Shown: positions 8,312 through 17,201 of the stretch, in pieces | Layout: every line of letters begins with the position of its first letter | How positions within the stretch are numbered: the stretch's first letter is position 1 | From: Candidatus Auribacterota bacterium | GTDB taxonomy: Bacteria; Auribacterota; Tritonobacteria; UBA1439 | Direction: 5' to 3' | Assembly: GCA_026392035.1 (NCBI GenBank) | Contig: JAPLCX010000108.1 | Coordinates: 4,634 to 68,633 of the forward strand | Length of the DNA stretch: 64,000 nt | Notes under the pieces: generated by a model | The model's input: the letters and a program-made list of their open reading frames with translations, nothing else | The model's database searches: none | Told to the model about the DNA's origin: nothing | Program-made: the position numbers and the translations under genes

Positions 8312-8728
8312 TTATTCCTCATGCCCTCCATGTTCTTCACGCTCTTCATGCCCTTTATGCTCGCCCTTGTGCCCCTTCGCGCATTTCTCGGACATCTTCT
8401 TATACATGGGGCATGCGGCCTGCATCTCCATCATCATTTTCTGCATACCTTCCATGTCCATTTTAATTTCCGCTTCCTTCTGCACATTCAGATCCTTGTC
8501 GTATTTAATGAGCTTATTGCCCGTCATCACCACGACGCCGCCGTCCGCGGTCGCGACGATCGACCGCTTCATCATCTTCTCAGCCATCTCGGCGTGCATG
8601 GGGCAGCAGTAGCCCATTCCCTCTTTCTCCATCGTGTGCAGCCATGCTTTTCCGTGACACTTCATTGGCCCGGCGCACCCCAGGCATACCATCGCCAATG
8701 CCACGCCTGCCGCGAGAACTCTTTTCAT
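8312..8728 (-). CDS. Secreted Met/His/Cys-rich protein, probable periplasmic metal (Cu/Ni/Co)-binding protein
   Basis: Start moved to internal Met (MKRVLAAGVALAMVCLGCAG signal peptide), which has a GGAGG RBS. The upstream 54 codons of the listed ORF are GC-rich read-through. Mature part has CHGK, CCPMH and a His-rich tail GHKGEHKGHEEREEHGGHEE. Confidence 0.55.
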   Translation of the reverse strand: MKRVLAAGVALAMVCLGCAGPMKCHGKAWLHTMEKEGMGYCCPMHAEMAEKMMKRSIVATADGGVVVMTGNKLIKYDKDLNVQKEAEIKMDMEGMQKMMMEMQAACPMYKKMSEKCAKGHKGEHKGHEEREEHGGHEE

Positions 8729-9023
8729 GCCTTCTTCCTCCCTCTTGACAGTTGCCTCCGCCCATCTCCTCACACACCCGGCGCCGGGCGTGTGCACCCT
8801 GCAATGATTCAAATGTTGTTGAATGTATGTGGCGCTGCGCGCGCACCTCCTTTCTCTTCTGCAGCACCTGAGCTTGAAAAGGTGTCCCAATATCTCTCGT
8901 GCTATATTTTAATACAGTTACCCCCGATTGGGGAAATCTTTTTGATGTGAATCATCGGGTGTGGTTCATGCGACGTACGCCGATAGCGCAATAATGACTC
9001 TTTCCTGCGCGAGGGGCCGTTGA

Positions 9024-10502
9024 TCACTGCACCCGCCCGAGGTAGTACTCCACCGGCGCGCGGTCGTCGGTGAGGACGGGCACGTCTGCCCCCACCTCGC
9101 TCTTCCAGAGGTGGGTCAGGTAGCGGTTCGTTTCCTCATCGGCGCTCTCCGGCGCGGGCTCGCGATTCGACTTCAGCGCCGCGAGAATGATGTTCTGTAC
9201 CTCGCGCCCGTCCTCCGGATCATCGACGGGAAAAAGCATGACGCGCGGGAAGACTTCCGCACAGGTGGCGTACTCCGCCCTGGTGAATCTCCCGTTCATT
9301 CCGTCGACGGCGCCGATGATATTCACGAGCAGCACGCCCCCCTCGGCCAGCATGCCGCTCATTCTCCGCGCTGCCTCAATTGTCGTGAGCTGATACGGCA
9401 GGCAGTTCGCGTCCCTGAACGCGTCGATAATGATCACGTCGTACCTGTTGCCGCTCCTGTTGAGGAAGGTTCTGCCGTCCTCGTGGTGGACGGTCAGGCG
9501 GGGGTTGTCCCGCAGATTGAAATATTTTCTGGAGATCTCTGTCAGCATCGGATCGATCTCCACCACGTCGATGCGCGCATCGGGATATCGCCTGAGAAAT
9601 TCTTTCGGGTAGGCGTAGGCCGCCCCGCCGATCATGAGTGTGCGTCTGAAACCGGTGGCGAAGTGCTCGGCGAGGCGGAAAAACTTCATGTAGTCGAACA
9701 CGAAATCCTCGCCGTCGAGGTACATGGCGGACTCCTGCCCGTAGGGATCCGTGGAGAGGGCGAGGATCGGCCTCCCCGTCACCTCGTCCGTGTCCCTATA
9801 TATCCAGACCCGGTTATAGGGAGTATCAATGTCGAGCATCACATCCCTCAGCCCTCCACCCAGCATGGAACCGCCGGCCGCCAGGAAGAGAAACAGTATG
9901 CCGGCCCTCGCCTTCCCGAGCCGGCCGCTGAACACCGCGAGGGAAAGAAGCCCAAGGACCGCCGAAGTCAGCAGGAGCAGACGCACGTTGCCAAGTAAGG
10001 GTATCAGGACAAATCCCGCGAGGAAGGTGCCGGTGATGCTTCCGATGGCGGAGAGGGCGTACAGCCTCCCGATGGCCGACCCCGAACTGGCGACATACCG
10101 TATTTTAAGTCTGGCCGCGTACGGGGAGACCATCCCCAGAAACACATTCGCCGGCGCAAAGAGCAGGAGGGCGCCGCACAGGGAGAGGGTTCCGTTGCCG
10201 CTGACCAAGGCATTCAGCGAGGAGAGGAGTTTATCTTTTAGGAGCGCAGTCAGCCCGACGCAGGAGGCCGCCAAGAATACCAGCAGAGAGAGGAGCCGCG
10301 CATCTGGCCGCCTGTCGGCGATTCTTCCACCCCACCAGTAGCCGATGCTCAGGCTCGCCAGGATCACGCCGACCAGATTAGTCCACACGTACAGCGACGT
10401 CCCCGCGTAGGGGGCGAGCACCCTGGAGCCCGTGAGCTCGAAGACCATGACCGCGGCACCGCAGACGAAAACCGCCAGTTCGCACGCCCACCTTCTCATC
10501 AT
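9024..10502 (-). CDS. Fused polytopic membrane domain / spermidine-synthase-like (PABS-type methyltransferase fold) protein
   Basis: ~7 predicted TM helices at the N-terminus, then TLMIGGAAYAYPKEF ... RIDVVEIDPMLTEISRKYF ... YDVIIIDAF, resembling the spermidine synthase core. Confidence 0.7.
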   Translation of the reverse strand: MMRRWACELAVFVCGAAVMVFELTGSRVLAPYAGTSLYVWTNLVGVILASLSIGYWWGGRIADRRPDARLLSLLVFLAASCVGLTALLKDKLLSSLNALVSGNGTLSLCGALLLFAPANVFLGMVSPYAARLKIRYVASSGSAIGRLYALSAIGSITGTFLAGFVLIPLLGNVRLLLLTSAVLGLLSLAVFSGRLGKARAGILFLFLAAGGSMLGGGLRDVMLDIDTPYNRVWIYRDTDEVTGRPILALSTDPYGQESAMYLDGEDFVFDYMKFFRLAEHFATGFRRTLMIGGAAYAYPKEFLRRYPDARIDVVEIDPMLTEISRKYFNLRDNPRLTVHHEDGRTFLNRSGNRYDVIIIDAFRDANCLPYQLTTIEAARRMSGMLAEGGVLLVNIIGAVDGMNGRFTRAEYATCAEVFPRVMLFPVDDPEDGREVQNIILAALKSNREPAPESADEETNRYLTHLWKSEVGADVPVLTDDRAPVEYYLGRVQ

Positions 10503-10703
10503 CTATCCCCGTAGACGTTTTTCATAACACTTTTGTCAGGAGTAAGATACAACCTAAATATTTCTGGCGCGCAGAAGGGATATTTAGTTTGCATCGATCT
10601 CTCCTGCAGCGAGATGCGTACAACGTCTACATAACCGTCCGGCAGCTCCTGAACATAGCGGCATCTTCGATTATGCCCAGGACTCGTGCTGCGTTAGCAA
10701 GGA

Positions 10704-11945
10704 TTATTGACTGATAGAACAGGTCCCCCCTCCTGTTTTTGTTGTATATGCTTTCTTGTTGTAGGGAAGCCTCATCAATAGCATGCCCATAAGGCAGTTG
10801 TTCGTTATGCCCGCGAAAATGAGCCCGCATGAGATCAGGATTGAAATCCAGATGAACGCGCCATGTACAAACCTCGCCAGTACTATGCCAAGCAATACCA
10901 CACTTCCTGCAATAATTCTGACCTGCCGCTCCAGCGATATGGCAGGCTCGCCTTTGATCACAGGCAGTTTCTCCTTTTGCCAACGCGCAATGCCTCCGTC
11001 CATTACCTTTACAGAATGAATGCCGGATTGCAGCAGCATATCGGCTGCCATGGGAGAGCGATTCCCGCTATGGCAGAAGACCACGTAGGTGTGCCCCGCC
11101 CGGCTCAGGTCTTCTACTTTTGAGGCAAGCGTATCGATGGGGATATTGAGCGAATGATCAATGTGGACCTCATTAAATTCCAGCGGAGAGCGAACATCCA
11201 GTAAGATAACCCGAGGGTCTCTGGATGCCAGCGCTCGCGCATCTTCAGGTGAAACCATTTCCAGAAGTGAGGCTTCACCCCTTTGGTTCACACGTATAAT
11301 GTTGTCGATGTTGAACGGTTTGGGGAGCTGTTTTGAACGGGCATTTTTAACAAATGATTCCTTGCTCGTTTCCTTGAGGAAGGGGTTGCTTTTCTTTTCC
11401 CTGGCGATAGTTGAAGATCTATTCCCGTGGTAATCGTGCGCGGGGAACAGCATGGTTTCATCGGGTAATGCTTTCAGCCTCTGCAGCGTATCAAACATAG
11501 CTTCAGGAGAGCCGTTCTGGAAATCCGTGCGCCCCACGCTGCCGATTAAAAGCACATCTCCGGTAAATAATCTGCCTTCTCCATAGATGCTCATGGCATC
11601 ATCGGTATGACCGGGCGTATATATCACCTTGCAGCGGCATGAACCGAAGGCTATTTCCTCATTGTCCTTCAGTCTCCTGTCCGCCACACTGGATATGGCC
11701 TTTTCATGCATTAAAACCGGGGCCCTGTACCTCTTCTTCAGCACCGCGGCCAGAGAGAAGTGGTCCGCGTGCGTGTGCGTATCCATTATATATTTGAGAC
11801 CCAGCCGCTTCTTTGTCAGATATCCGGCATATTCCTCCAGCAGACTTATGTGCGGATCAATGATGACCGCCTCGTTCCGGGAACTTAAGATATACGAGTA
11901 GCAGCTGCCGGCGCTGAATTGCTTTGACGCAAAATCCTTGCTCAT
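10704..11945 (-). CDS. MBL-fold metallo-hydrolase (persulfide dioxygenase-like) fused to a rhodanese domain and a C-terminal small membrane domain
   Basis: HTHADH zinc motif, downstream His/Asp ligands, rhodanese active-site loop CHSGNRS, and a terminal hydrophobic DUF2892-like segment. Confidence 0.8.
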   Translation of the reverse strand: MSKDFASKQFSAGSCYSYILSSRNEAVIIDPHISLLEEYAGYLTKKRLGLKYIMDTHTHADHFSLAAVLKKRYRAPVLMHEKAISSVADRRLKDNEEIAFGSCRCKVIYTPGHTDDAMSIYGEGRLFTGDVLLIGSVGRTDFQNGSPEAMFDTLQRLKALPDETMLFPAHDYHGNRSSTIAREKKSNPFLKETSKESFVKNARSKQLPKPFNIDNIIRVNQRGEASLLEMVSPEDARALASRDPRVILLDVRSPLEFNEVHIDHSLNIPIDTLASKVEDLSRAGHTYVVFCHSGNRSPMAADMLLQSGIHSVKVMDGGIARWQKEKLPVIKGEPAISLERQVRIIAGSVVLLGIVLARFVHGAFIWISILISCGLIFAGITNNCLMGMLLMRLPYNKKAYTTKTGGGTCSISQ

Positions 11946-12052
11946 ACGTCATCCTCCTTTCCGCAGTTGATTGTATCAAGATACGCGTGGCGGATGAATT
12001 GAGTAAGTATATTACAATTGCCGTCGTGATTTTATCGGATTATCATTGCATC

Positions 12053-12310
12053 ATGGCGGTAAGAAGATGGCACGTTTACATCATCAGATGCCGGGATGGG
12101 ACGCTCTACACGGGTGTCACCAACGACCTGGAGCGGCGCATCAACGATCACAATCGAGGCACGGGCTGCCGCTACACGAGAGGCAGGGGGCCGGTGAAAT
12201 TGCTCTACCGTGAATCATTCCGCAGCAGATCCTCGGCCCTGAGGCGCGAAGCCCGCATCAAGGCTTTGGGCAGGGAGGAAAAACTGATGTTGATCGGCAA
12301 AGCACTGTAG
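12053..12310 (+). CDS. GIY-YIG nuclease family protein (UPF0213/YhbQ-like), 85 aa from internal Met
   Basis: WHVYIIRCRDGTLYTGVTNDLERRINDHN matches GIY-YIG motifs. The upstream 43 codons of the listed ORF overlap the convergent gene and were trimmed. Confidence 0.65.
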   Translation: MAVRRWHVYIIRCRDGTLYTGVTNDLERRINDHNRGTGCRYTRGRGPVKLLYRESFRSRSSALRREARIKALGREEKLMLIGKAL

Positions 12311-12462
12311 TAAAATCAACCTGCGGGCAGGATACCGGTCTTCCTGAGATTGCGTGTCCTGGGGCGTGGGAAGTGGGATCGTGACAGAATGATGGAGAGG
12401 AAAAGCGCGAAAGTGGACAAGTCGATAATCAGGGACCCGAAGGAGGCAGATTCCAGGAATAT

Positions 12463-12690
12463 CCCCAGGGGCAAGCCGGGGATGACACCGGACGAGTGGA
12501 GCGATCTTCTGTACTCGGAGGTGACCCACAAGGAAATTGCAAAAATGGGAGAGGAGTATCAAAAGAGCCTGAATGACGAGAGGCAAAGGCAAGAGAAGAT
12601 ACGCGTGGCACCCCGAAGAGCATCGAAAGGCACGGATTCGGCCAAGAAATTGGGCGGTGAGGGGAGAATACCGGCCTCCCTGAGAACTCG
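12463..12690. repeat. ~225-bp dispersed repeat, copy 1; contains a conserved Lys/Glu-rich small ORF (MTPDEWSDLLYSEVTHKEIAKMGEEYQKSL...)
   Basis: ~90% identical to 14529-14752. The same small ORF and the same antisense ORF start (MWVTSEYRRSLHSSGVIPGLP) are present in both copies. Confidence 0.7.
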
Positions 12691-12819
12691 CGTTATAGGG
12701 GAAATGGCGAGGCCGGTTTTTGAGCGGGCCAGCTAGTCCTGACGGAAGGGGAAGACCTGAATGACGCCTTGTGGGATGTCATGAAAGAAGGAAGATAGTT
12801 GGAAGCAGGGAGATAAAAA

Positions 12820-13023
12820 ATGGCTACTGGAAACCTGAAGGTGTCATGTAGGCGCTGTAATGCTTGCGGAAAAGTGACCAAGTGTGAAAGGAATGGCATG
12901 ATCTGGGGGTGCGGTGATCTGATCATGGTCTTTATGACAGTGGGCCTCTGGTGCATCGCTCGTTTTATCGTTAATGAAGTAATAAATCCCTGGCGCTGTT
13001 CTGAATGCGGGAAGCGAGTCTGA
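12820..13023 (+). CDS. Small zinc-ribbon membrane protein (CxxC ... TM helix ... CxxC), 67 aa
   Basis: CRRCNACGK ... hydrophobic LIMVFMTVGLWCIARFIV ... CSECGK. AGGGAG RBS 6-8 nt upstream of the ATG. Sits directly upstream of the Sel1 gene. Confidence 0.4.
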   Translation: MATGNLKVSCRRCNACGKVTKCERNGMIWGCGDLIMVFMTVGLWCIARFIVNEVINPWRCSECGKRV

Positions 13024-13037
13024 AACATAGGCGATAT

Positions 13038-14345
13038 ATGACCCGAAAAAATATATCCATCTTTTGCGCCGTTTTTATTTTTGCGATATTCATGCTGCAC
13101 TTTTTACCATTCTCCAAAGATAAATCCTTGAATAATGCCGGACAAAAGATTGTCTCCACCACTAGAAGTCTTTTAGATTCAAATGAAATGCAGGTTGGTA
13201 AAGCTGCTTATGACCGCAAAGATTACGTAGCAGCCTTCCAAAACTTCTCCAAGGCCGCAAAAAAAGGTGATGCAGAAGCACAATATAAACTCGGGTTGAT
13301 GTATGACGAAGGCCACGGTGTGCCGAAAAATTATGTCGAGGGCGCCAAATGGTACCGCAAAGCCGCAGAACAGGGCTTTGCACCGGCGCAGTCTAATCTC
13401 GGGTTTATGTATGTCAACGGCCAAGGCGTGTCGCAGGATTATAGTGCAACGTATGTCCATGGCCAAAGCGTGTCTCCAGATTATGTTGAAGCAGTCAAAT
13501 GGTACCGCAAAGCCGCAGAACAGGGCTTTGCAGAGGCGCAAAATAATCTCGGGGCAATGTATTACAAAGGCCAAGGCGTGCCGCAGGATTACACAGTGGC
13601 CGCCGACTGGTACCGCGCAGCCGCAGAGCAGGGCAATGCAATTGCACAGTTGAATCTAGGGTCAATGTATTACCACCACTTGGGTGTGCCAAAAGATTAC
13701 ACAGAGGCATTCAAATGGTACCACAAAGCCGCGGAACAGGGTGTTGCACAGGCGAAGGCTATGCTCGGGTCAATGTATTACACAGGCCAAGGCGTGCCGC
13801 AGGATTACACAGAGGCCGCCAAATGGTACCACAAAGCCGCAGAACAGGGTGTTGCACAGGCGAAGGCTATGCTCGGGGCAATGTATTACACAGGCCAAGG
13901 CGTGCCGCAGGATTACACAGAGGCCGCCAAATGGTACCGCAAGGCAGCGGAACAGGGCGTTGCAGAGGCACAGGCTTGGGCCAGACGTAGAAAATGGACG
14001 ACAAATGATCTAGCAATTTTATGTGTGGGAAAAACGAAACAAGAAATTCGTGGAGCATTTGGAGAACCGGATAATACCCGATGGGCAACCATGCGGCGGC
14101 TGGATTTATCAAAATATGATCCTGAGTATCATGATCAAAGTAAAATGGCATTCAGATGGATTTATAAAAATATGGATATCAACAATCTGGATCTCGGGAC
14201 AAAAGAAAGTGTTCTCTGTATCTGGTTTTTCTATAGAGAGGGATACATTGCTACCAGTATAAAGACTATGAATTCATCAACGTATAGGGATTTGCTGCAT
14301 GTAGAATTTGAAAATGGTTATGGTTCCGGTCCCAGCATCTTCTGA
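13038..14345 (+). CDS. Sel1-repeat (TPR-like) protein with N-terminal signal/anchor
   Basis: At least eight tandem Sel1 units of the form [35 protein letters not shown]. Start placed at the internal Met before the hydrophobic segment. Confidence 0.8.
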   Translation: MTRKNISIFCAVFIFAIFMLHFLPFSKDKSLNNAGQKIVSTTRSLLDSNEMQVGKAAYDRKDYVAAFQNFSKAAKKGDAEAQYKLGLMYDEGHGVPKNYVEGAKWYRKAAEQGFAPAQSNLGFMYVNGQGVSQDYSATYVHGQSVSPDYVEAVKWYRKAAEQGFAEAQNNLGAMYYKGQGVPQDYTVAADWYRAAAEQGNAIAQLNLGSMYYHHLGVPKDYTEAFKWYHKAAEQGVAQAKAMLGSMYYTGQGVPQDYTEAAKWYHKAAEQGVAQAKAMLGAMYYTGQGVPQDYTEAAKWYRKAAEQGVAEAQAWARRRKWTTNDLAILCVGKTKQEIRGAFGEPDNTRWATMRRLDLSKYDPEYHDQSKMAFRWIYKNMDINNLDLGTKESVLCIWFFYREGYIATSIKTMNSSTYRDLLHVEFENGYGSGPSIF

Positions 14346-14374
14346 CTATTGATTTCCGTAAGGACGATGACTTC

Positions 14375-14525
14375 ATGATCCTGGCCTTGATCAACAACAA
14401 GGGGGGGACGGGGAAGACCACGTCCGCCGTTTCGCTGGCCGCCGCGCTGGCCATGAAGGGAAACAAGGCGCTGCTGGTCGATCTGGACAGTTAGGCAAGC
14501 GCCAGCCTGTCCATGGGGATCGAGC
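14375..14525 (+). pseudogene. parA/soj-like ATPase gene remnant ([39 protein letters not shown]-stop-ASASLSMGIE), truncated by repeat copy 2
   Basis: Deviant Walker A KGGTGKTT and DLD(P)Q motif. In-frame TAG after codon 39. Homology ends where the 225-bp repeat begins. Confidence 0.55.
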
Positions 14526-14528
14526 GGG

Positions 14529-14752
14529 CGCGGGGGCAAGCCGGGGATGACACCGGACGAGTGGAGCGATCTTCTGTATTCGGAGGTGACCCACAAGGAA
14601 CTTGCGAAAATGGGAGAGGAGTATCAAAAGAGCCTGAAGGACGAGAAGCAAAAGCAAGGGAAGAGACGTGCGGCACCCCCAAGAGCACCGAAAGGCACGG
14701 ATTCGGCCAAGAAATTGGGCGGTGAGGGGAGGATACCGACCTCCAAGAGATC
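14529..14752. repeat. ~225-bp dispersed repeat, copy 2
   Basis: See copy 1. This copy interrupts the parA-like reading frame. Confidence 0.7.
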
Positions 14753-14826
14753 GCGCCCTAGAGTTTAGGGGTGGCTTATTGACGAGGGAGGGGAAGCAAT
14801 CTCACCTCGCATTAGCTGCGGAGCTA

Positions 14827-15474
14827 ATGAAAAGGGAGGGAACTAAATTGGATGCGCTGCAGAAACATTTTCATGATGAGGCTGCATCATTTAAAAAGGC
14901 GGGCTTCGCTTCAATTCAATGGTTGGCCTGTGGCGATGAGCGCACGTGTTCTACATGTAAGGCGATGGATAAAAAGGTATTACCGATAGAAGATATGCGC
15001 CTTGTTATTCAAAAACATCACTGCGAAAACAAAGAAGATGGATGCCGTTGCACGTTTGTACTCCCAGATGAAGAATCCAGCCCAATAGATAATGCACAAT
15101 CTAAAGGTGATAAATCTGTTCCCGACTTAAACAAAGCCCCCGTGATGGATTTTATGTCTGCCATCGAAGAGGCGAAGAAAAAAGTGGCCGATCCAAAATG
15201 GTGGAGAGAACAAGGCTGTAAATGGGGCGATCATGCAATGGAAAGCTTCGGGAAGCTAATGGATCCAAAATATTCTTTATCGAATGAGGAAGCAAAGAGG
15301 ATCATCATTGAATTCCCCGCTTTCCATTCCATAATAATGGAATCCAATATCGAAATTAACGATGAGACAGTGCCTAAGGTTATCCAATTGATAAGGGAAC
15401 AGCTTGACCCGCAGAAATGGGCAAATCACGCTCCGGGGAGTCTCCGGGACGCTGGGCAAGAGGGTAAAACATGA
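14827..15474 (+). CDS. Phage Mu F / SPP1 gp7-like head-morphogenesis domain protein (standalone)
   Basis: [31 protein letters not shown] matches the MuF-domain hallmark (D-E-R-T-C-x-x-C-x-x-x-D-G-K-V). Start set at the first Met after the repeat. The longer listed ORF begins inside repeat copy 2. Confidence 0.55.
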   Translation: MKREGTKLDALQKHFHDEAASFKKAGFASIQWLACGDERTCSTCKAMDKKVLPIEDMRLVIQKHHCENKEDGCRCTFVLPDEESSPIDNAQSKGDKSVPDLNKAPVMDFMSAIEEAKKKVADPKWWREQGCKWGDHAMESFGKLMDPKYSLSNEEAKRIIIEFPAFHSIIMESNIEINDETVPKVIQLIREQLDPQKWANHAPGSLRDAGQEGKT

Positions 15475-16517
15475 CTTATACGCCGAAGTACACTATAACA
15501 GACGCCACGGCGGTAGCATTGACCGCTATCGAGCGGGCGAGGGGCTTCCTGGAGGCCGCGAAGCTCTCCGAAGACTGGGTAGCCGGGATGCAGCGGCGGG
15601 CGCTTGTCCTGGAGGCCCATCATACTACCCATATAGAAGGGACGCACCTCACCCTGGAGCAGTCGGAGCGGATACTCGCCGGTAAATCCGTCCCGGAGGC
15701 AAACCCCGATGATGCCCGCGAGCTTCTGAACTATCGGGATGCCTTCGAGCTCGTGGCGGAATACCTCGGGAGTGGGGAGCCCGTCACCGAGGCGCTCATC
15801 CGGCAGGTACACAAGCGCCTTGTGATCGGCGTGCGCGGCGACTCGGGAGCTCCAGGGGAGTACCGGAGGGTGCAGAACTACGTCGTGAACAGCCGCACCA
15901 AAGAGGTTGTGTACACTCCTCCACCTCCCCAGGATGTGCCGCCCATGATGAAAGAGCTTATCGCGTGGCTCGGGGAGGCCAAGCAGATGAATCCCGTCCT
16001 TGAGGCCGGTGCCGCTCAGTTTCAGCTCGTCCATATCCACCCATTTGTGGACGGGAACGGCAGGAGTGCCCGGCTCCTCTCGACGCTCTGCCTTTACCGG
16101 AAAGGGTACGACTTCAAGCGCCTCTTTACCATCAGCGAATACTATGACCGGGACCGGGCGGCCTACTACCGGGCAATCCAGAGCGTCCGGGCCAGCGGCA
16201 TGGACCTCACCAAGTGGCTGGAGTATTTCGCGGAGGGACTCGCCGTGCAGATGCGGGAGGTACAGGAGAAGGGGGAGCGCGTCATTCGGGCGGACGTGCT
16301 TGCCCGAAAGCACCGCCTCTCCGACCGGCAACGGGCCGCCCTCGGGCACGCCCTGGAGCACGGCTTACTTGCCTTACAAGACTACGCCGCACTATGCCCG
16401 AAGGCTAACCGCAGGACACTACAGAGAGACCTCAAGGCTATGGTGGACAAAGGCCTTCTCATTCAGGAGGGCTCAGGCCCGGCAGCGCATTACCGCATGG
16501 GGAAGGTTAAGAAGTGA
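15471..16517 (+). CDS. Fic-family protein (AMPylase-type), class II with N-terminal inhibitory motif
   Basis: Active site [16 protein letters not shown] (HxFx[D/E]GNGRxxR). N-terminal TTHIEG fits the (S/T)xxxE(G/N) auto-inhibition helix. Start overlaps the upstream stop (ATGA). Confidence 0.85.
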   Translation: MTYTPKYTITDATAVALTAIERARGFLEAAKLSEDWVAGMQRRALVLEAHHTTHIEGTHLTLEQSERILAGKSVPEANPDDARELLNYRDAFELVAEYLGSGEPVTEALIRQVHKRLVIGVRGDSGAPGEYRRVQNYVVNSRTKEVVYTPPPPQDVPPMMKELIAWLGEAKQMNPVLEAGAAQFQLVHIHPFVDGNGRSARLLSTLCLYRKGYDFKRLFTISEYYDRDRAAYYRAIQSVRASGMDLTKWLEYFAEGLAVQMREVQEKGERVIRADVLARKHRLSDRQRAALGHALEHGLLALQDYAALCPKANRRTLQRDLKAMVDKGLLIQEGSGPAAHYRMGKVKK

Positions 16518-16562
16518 AATCACGACATAATCACGACACGAATCACGACAGGATCGCGACAT
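16518..16562. repeat. Four tandem ~11-bp repeats (AATCACGACAN) immediately after the fic stop codon
   Basis: aatcacgacat aatcacgacac gaatcacgacag gatcgcgacatgg, read directly. Confidence 0.6.
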
Positions 16563-16805
16563 GGAAGATCACAGGCAATTAGCCGCGTACCGCCCTTGTG
16601 TTGAGCGGATCAATTCAAACTGGGCCGCTTTCTCTGGCAAGAGGAAGGAACGGCTGCAGCAGCACGCTCTGATCGGCCCTGTCACGGAGAAGGCGACCGA
16701 GAACCTGAGCAGCTCGGCAGAACGGGGGAGGTGATAGGAACCGAAGGAATATAAGAATATCGTAGATTGGAATTAACACGCCATGAACACATCAGGGAGG
16801 AATGC

Positions 16806-17168
16806 ATGACACTCACCGTATCAACGAGCGAAAAAGAGACCGGCATCGTGACGATATCCCCGGTCGGCGTCATTGACGCGAGCACGTACGCCGTTCTCGA
16901 GACGCAGGTGGATTCGGTGCTCCGCACGCCGCCGAGGGCCCTCATATTCGACATGGCGGGCGTCACCTACATCAGCAGCGCCGGTGTGCGCGTAGTCCTC
17001 AAAGCCAAGAAATACCTCGCGCGGGACAAGGGGAAGGTGATGATGGTGAACCTTCAGCCGAGAGTAAAAAGAGTGTTCGATATCATCAATGCGCTCCCTC
17101 CCCAGCAGCTATTCGCGAGCATCGAAGAGCTGGATGCCTACCTTGACCGGATGCAGAAAGGCATCTAG
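16806..17168 (+). CDS. STAS-domain anti-sigma-factor antagonist (SpoIIAA/RsbV-like)
   Basis: Length, conserved region YISSAGVRVVLKA and the phosphorylatable Ser context fit. GGGAGG RBS before the internal ATG. Precedes a PP2C/HATPase gene. Confidence 0.7.
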   Translation: MTLTVSTSEKETGIVTISPVGVIDASTYAVLETQVDSVLRTPPRALIFDMAGVTYISSAGVRVVLKAKKYLARDKGKVMMVNLQPRVKRVFDIINALPPQQLFASIEELDAYLDRMQKGI

Positions 17169-17201
17169 GGGGGAGGAGGGCTCCCGCTCCGTTCCAACTA
17201 T

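Noticed and set aside
14827-16517. Prophage call based on the MuF-like head-morphogenesis domain
   Set aside because: No capsid, portal, terminase, tail or integrase genes are nearby. The MuF-like gene stands alone with Fic, so it is a domain remnant or module rather than a prophage.
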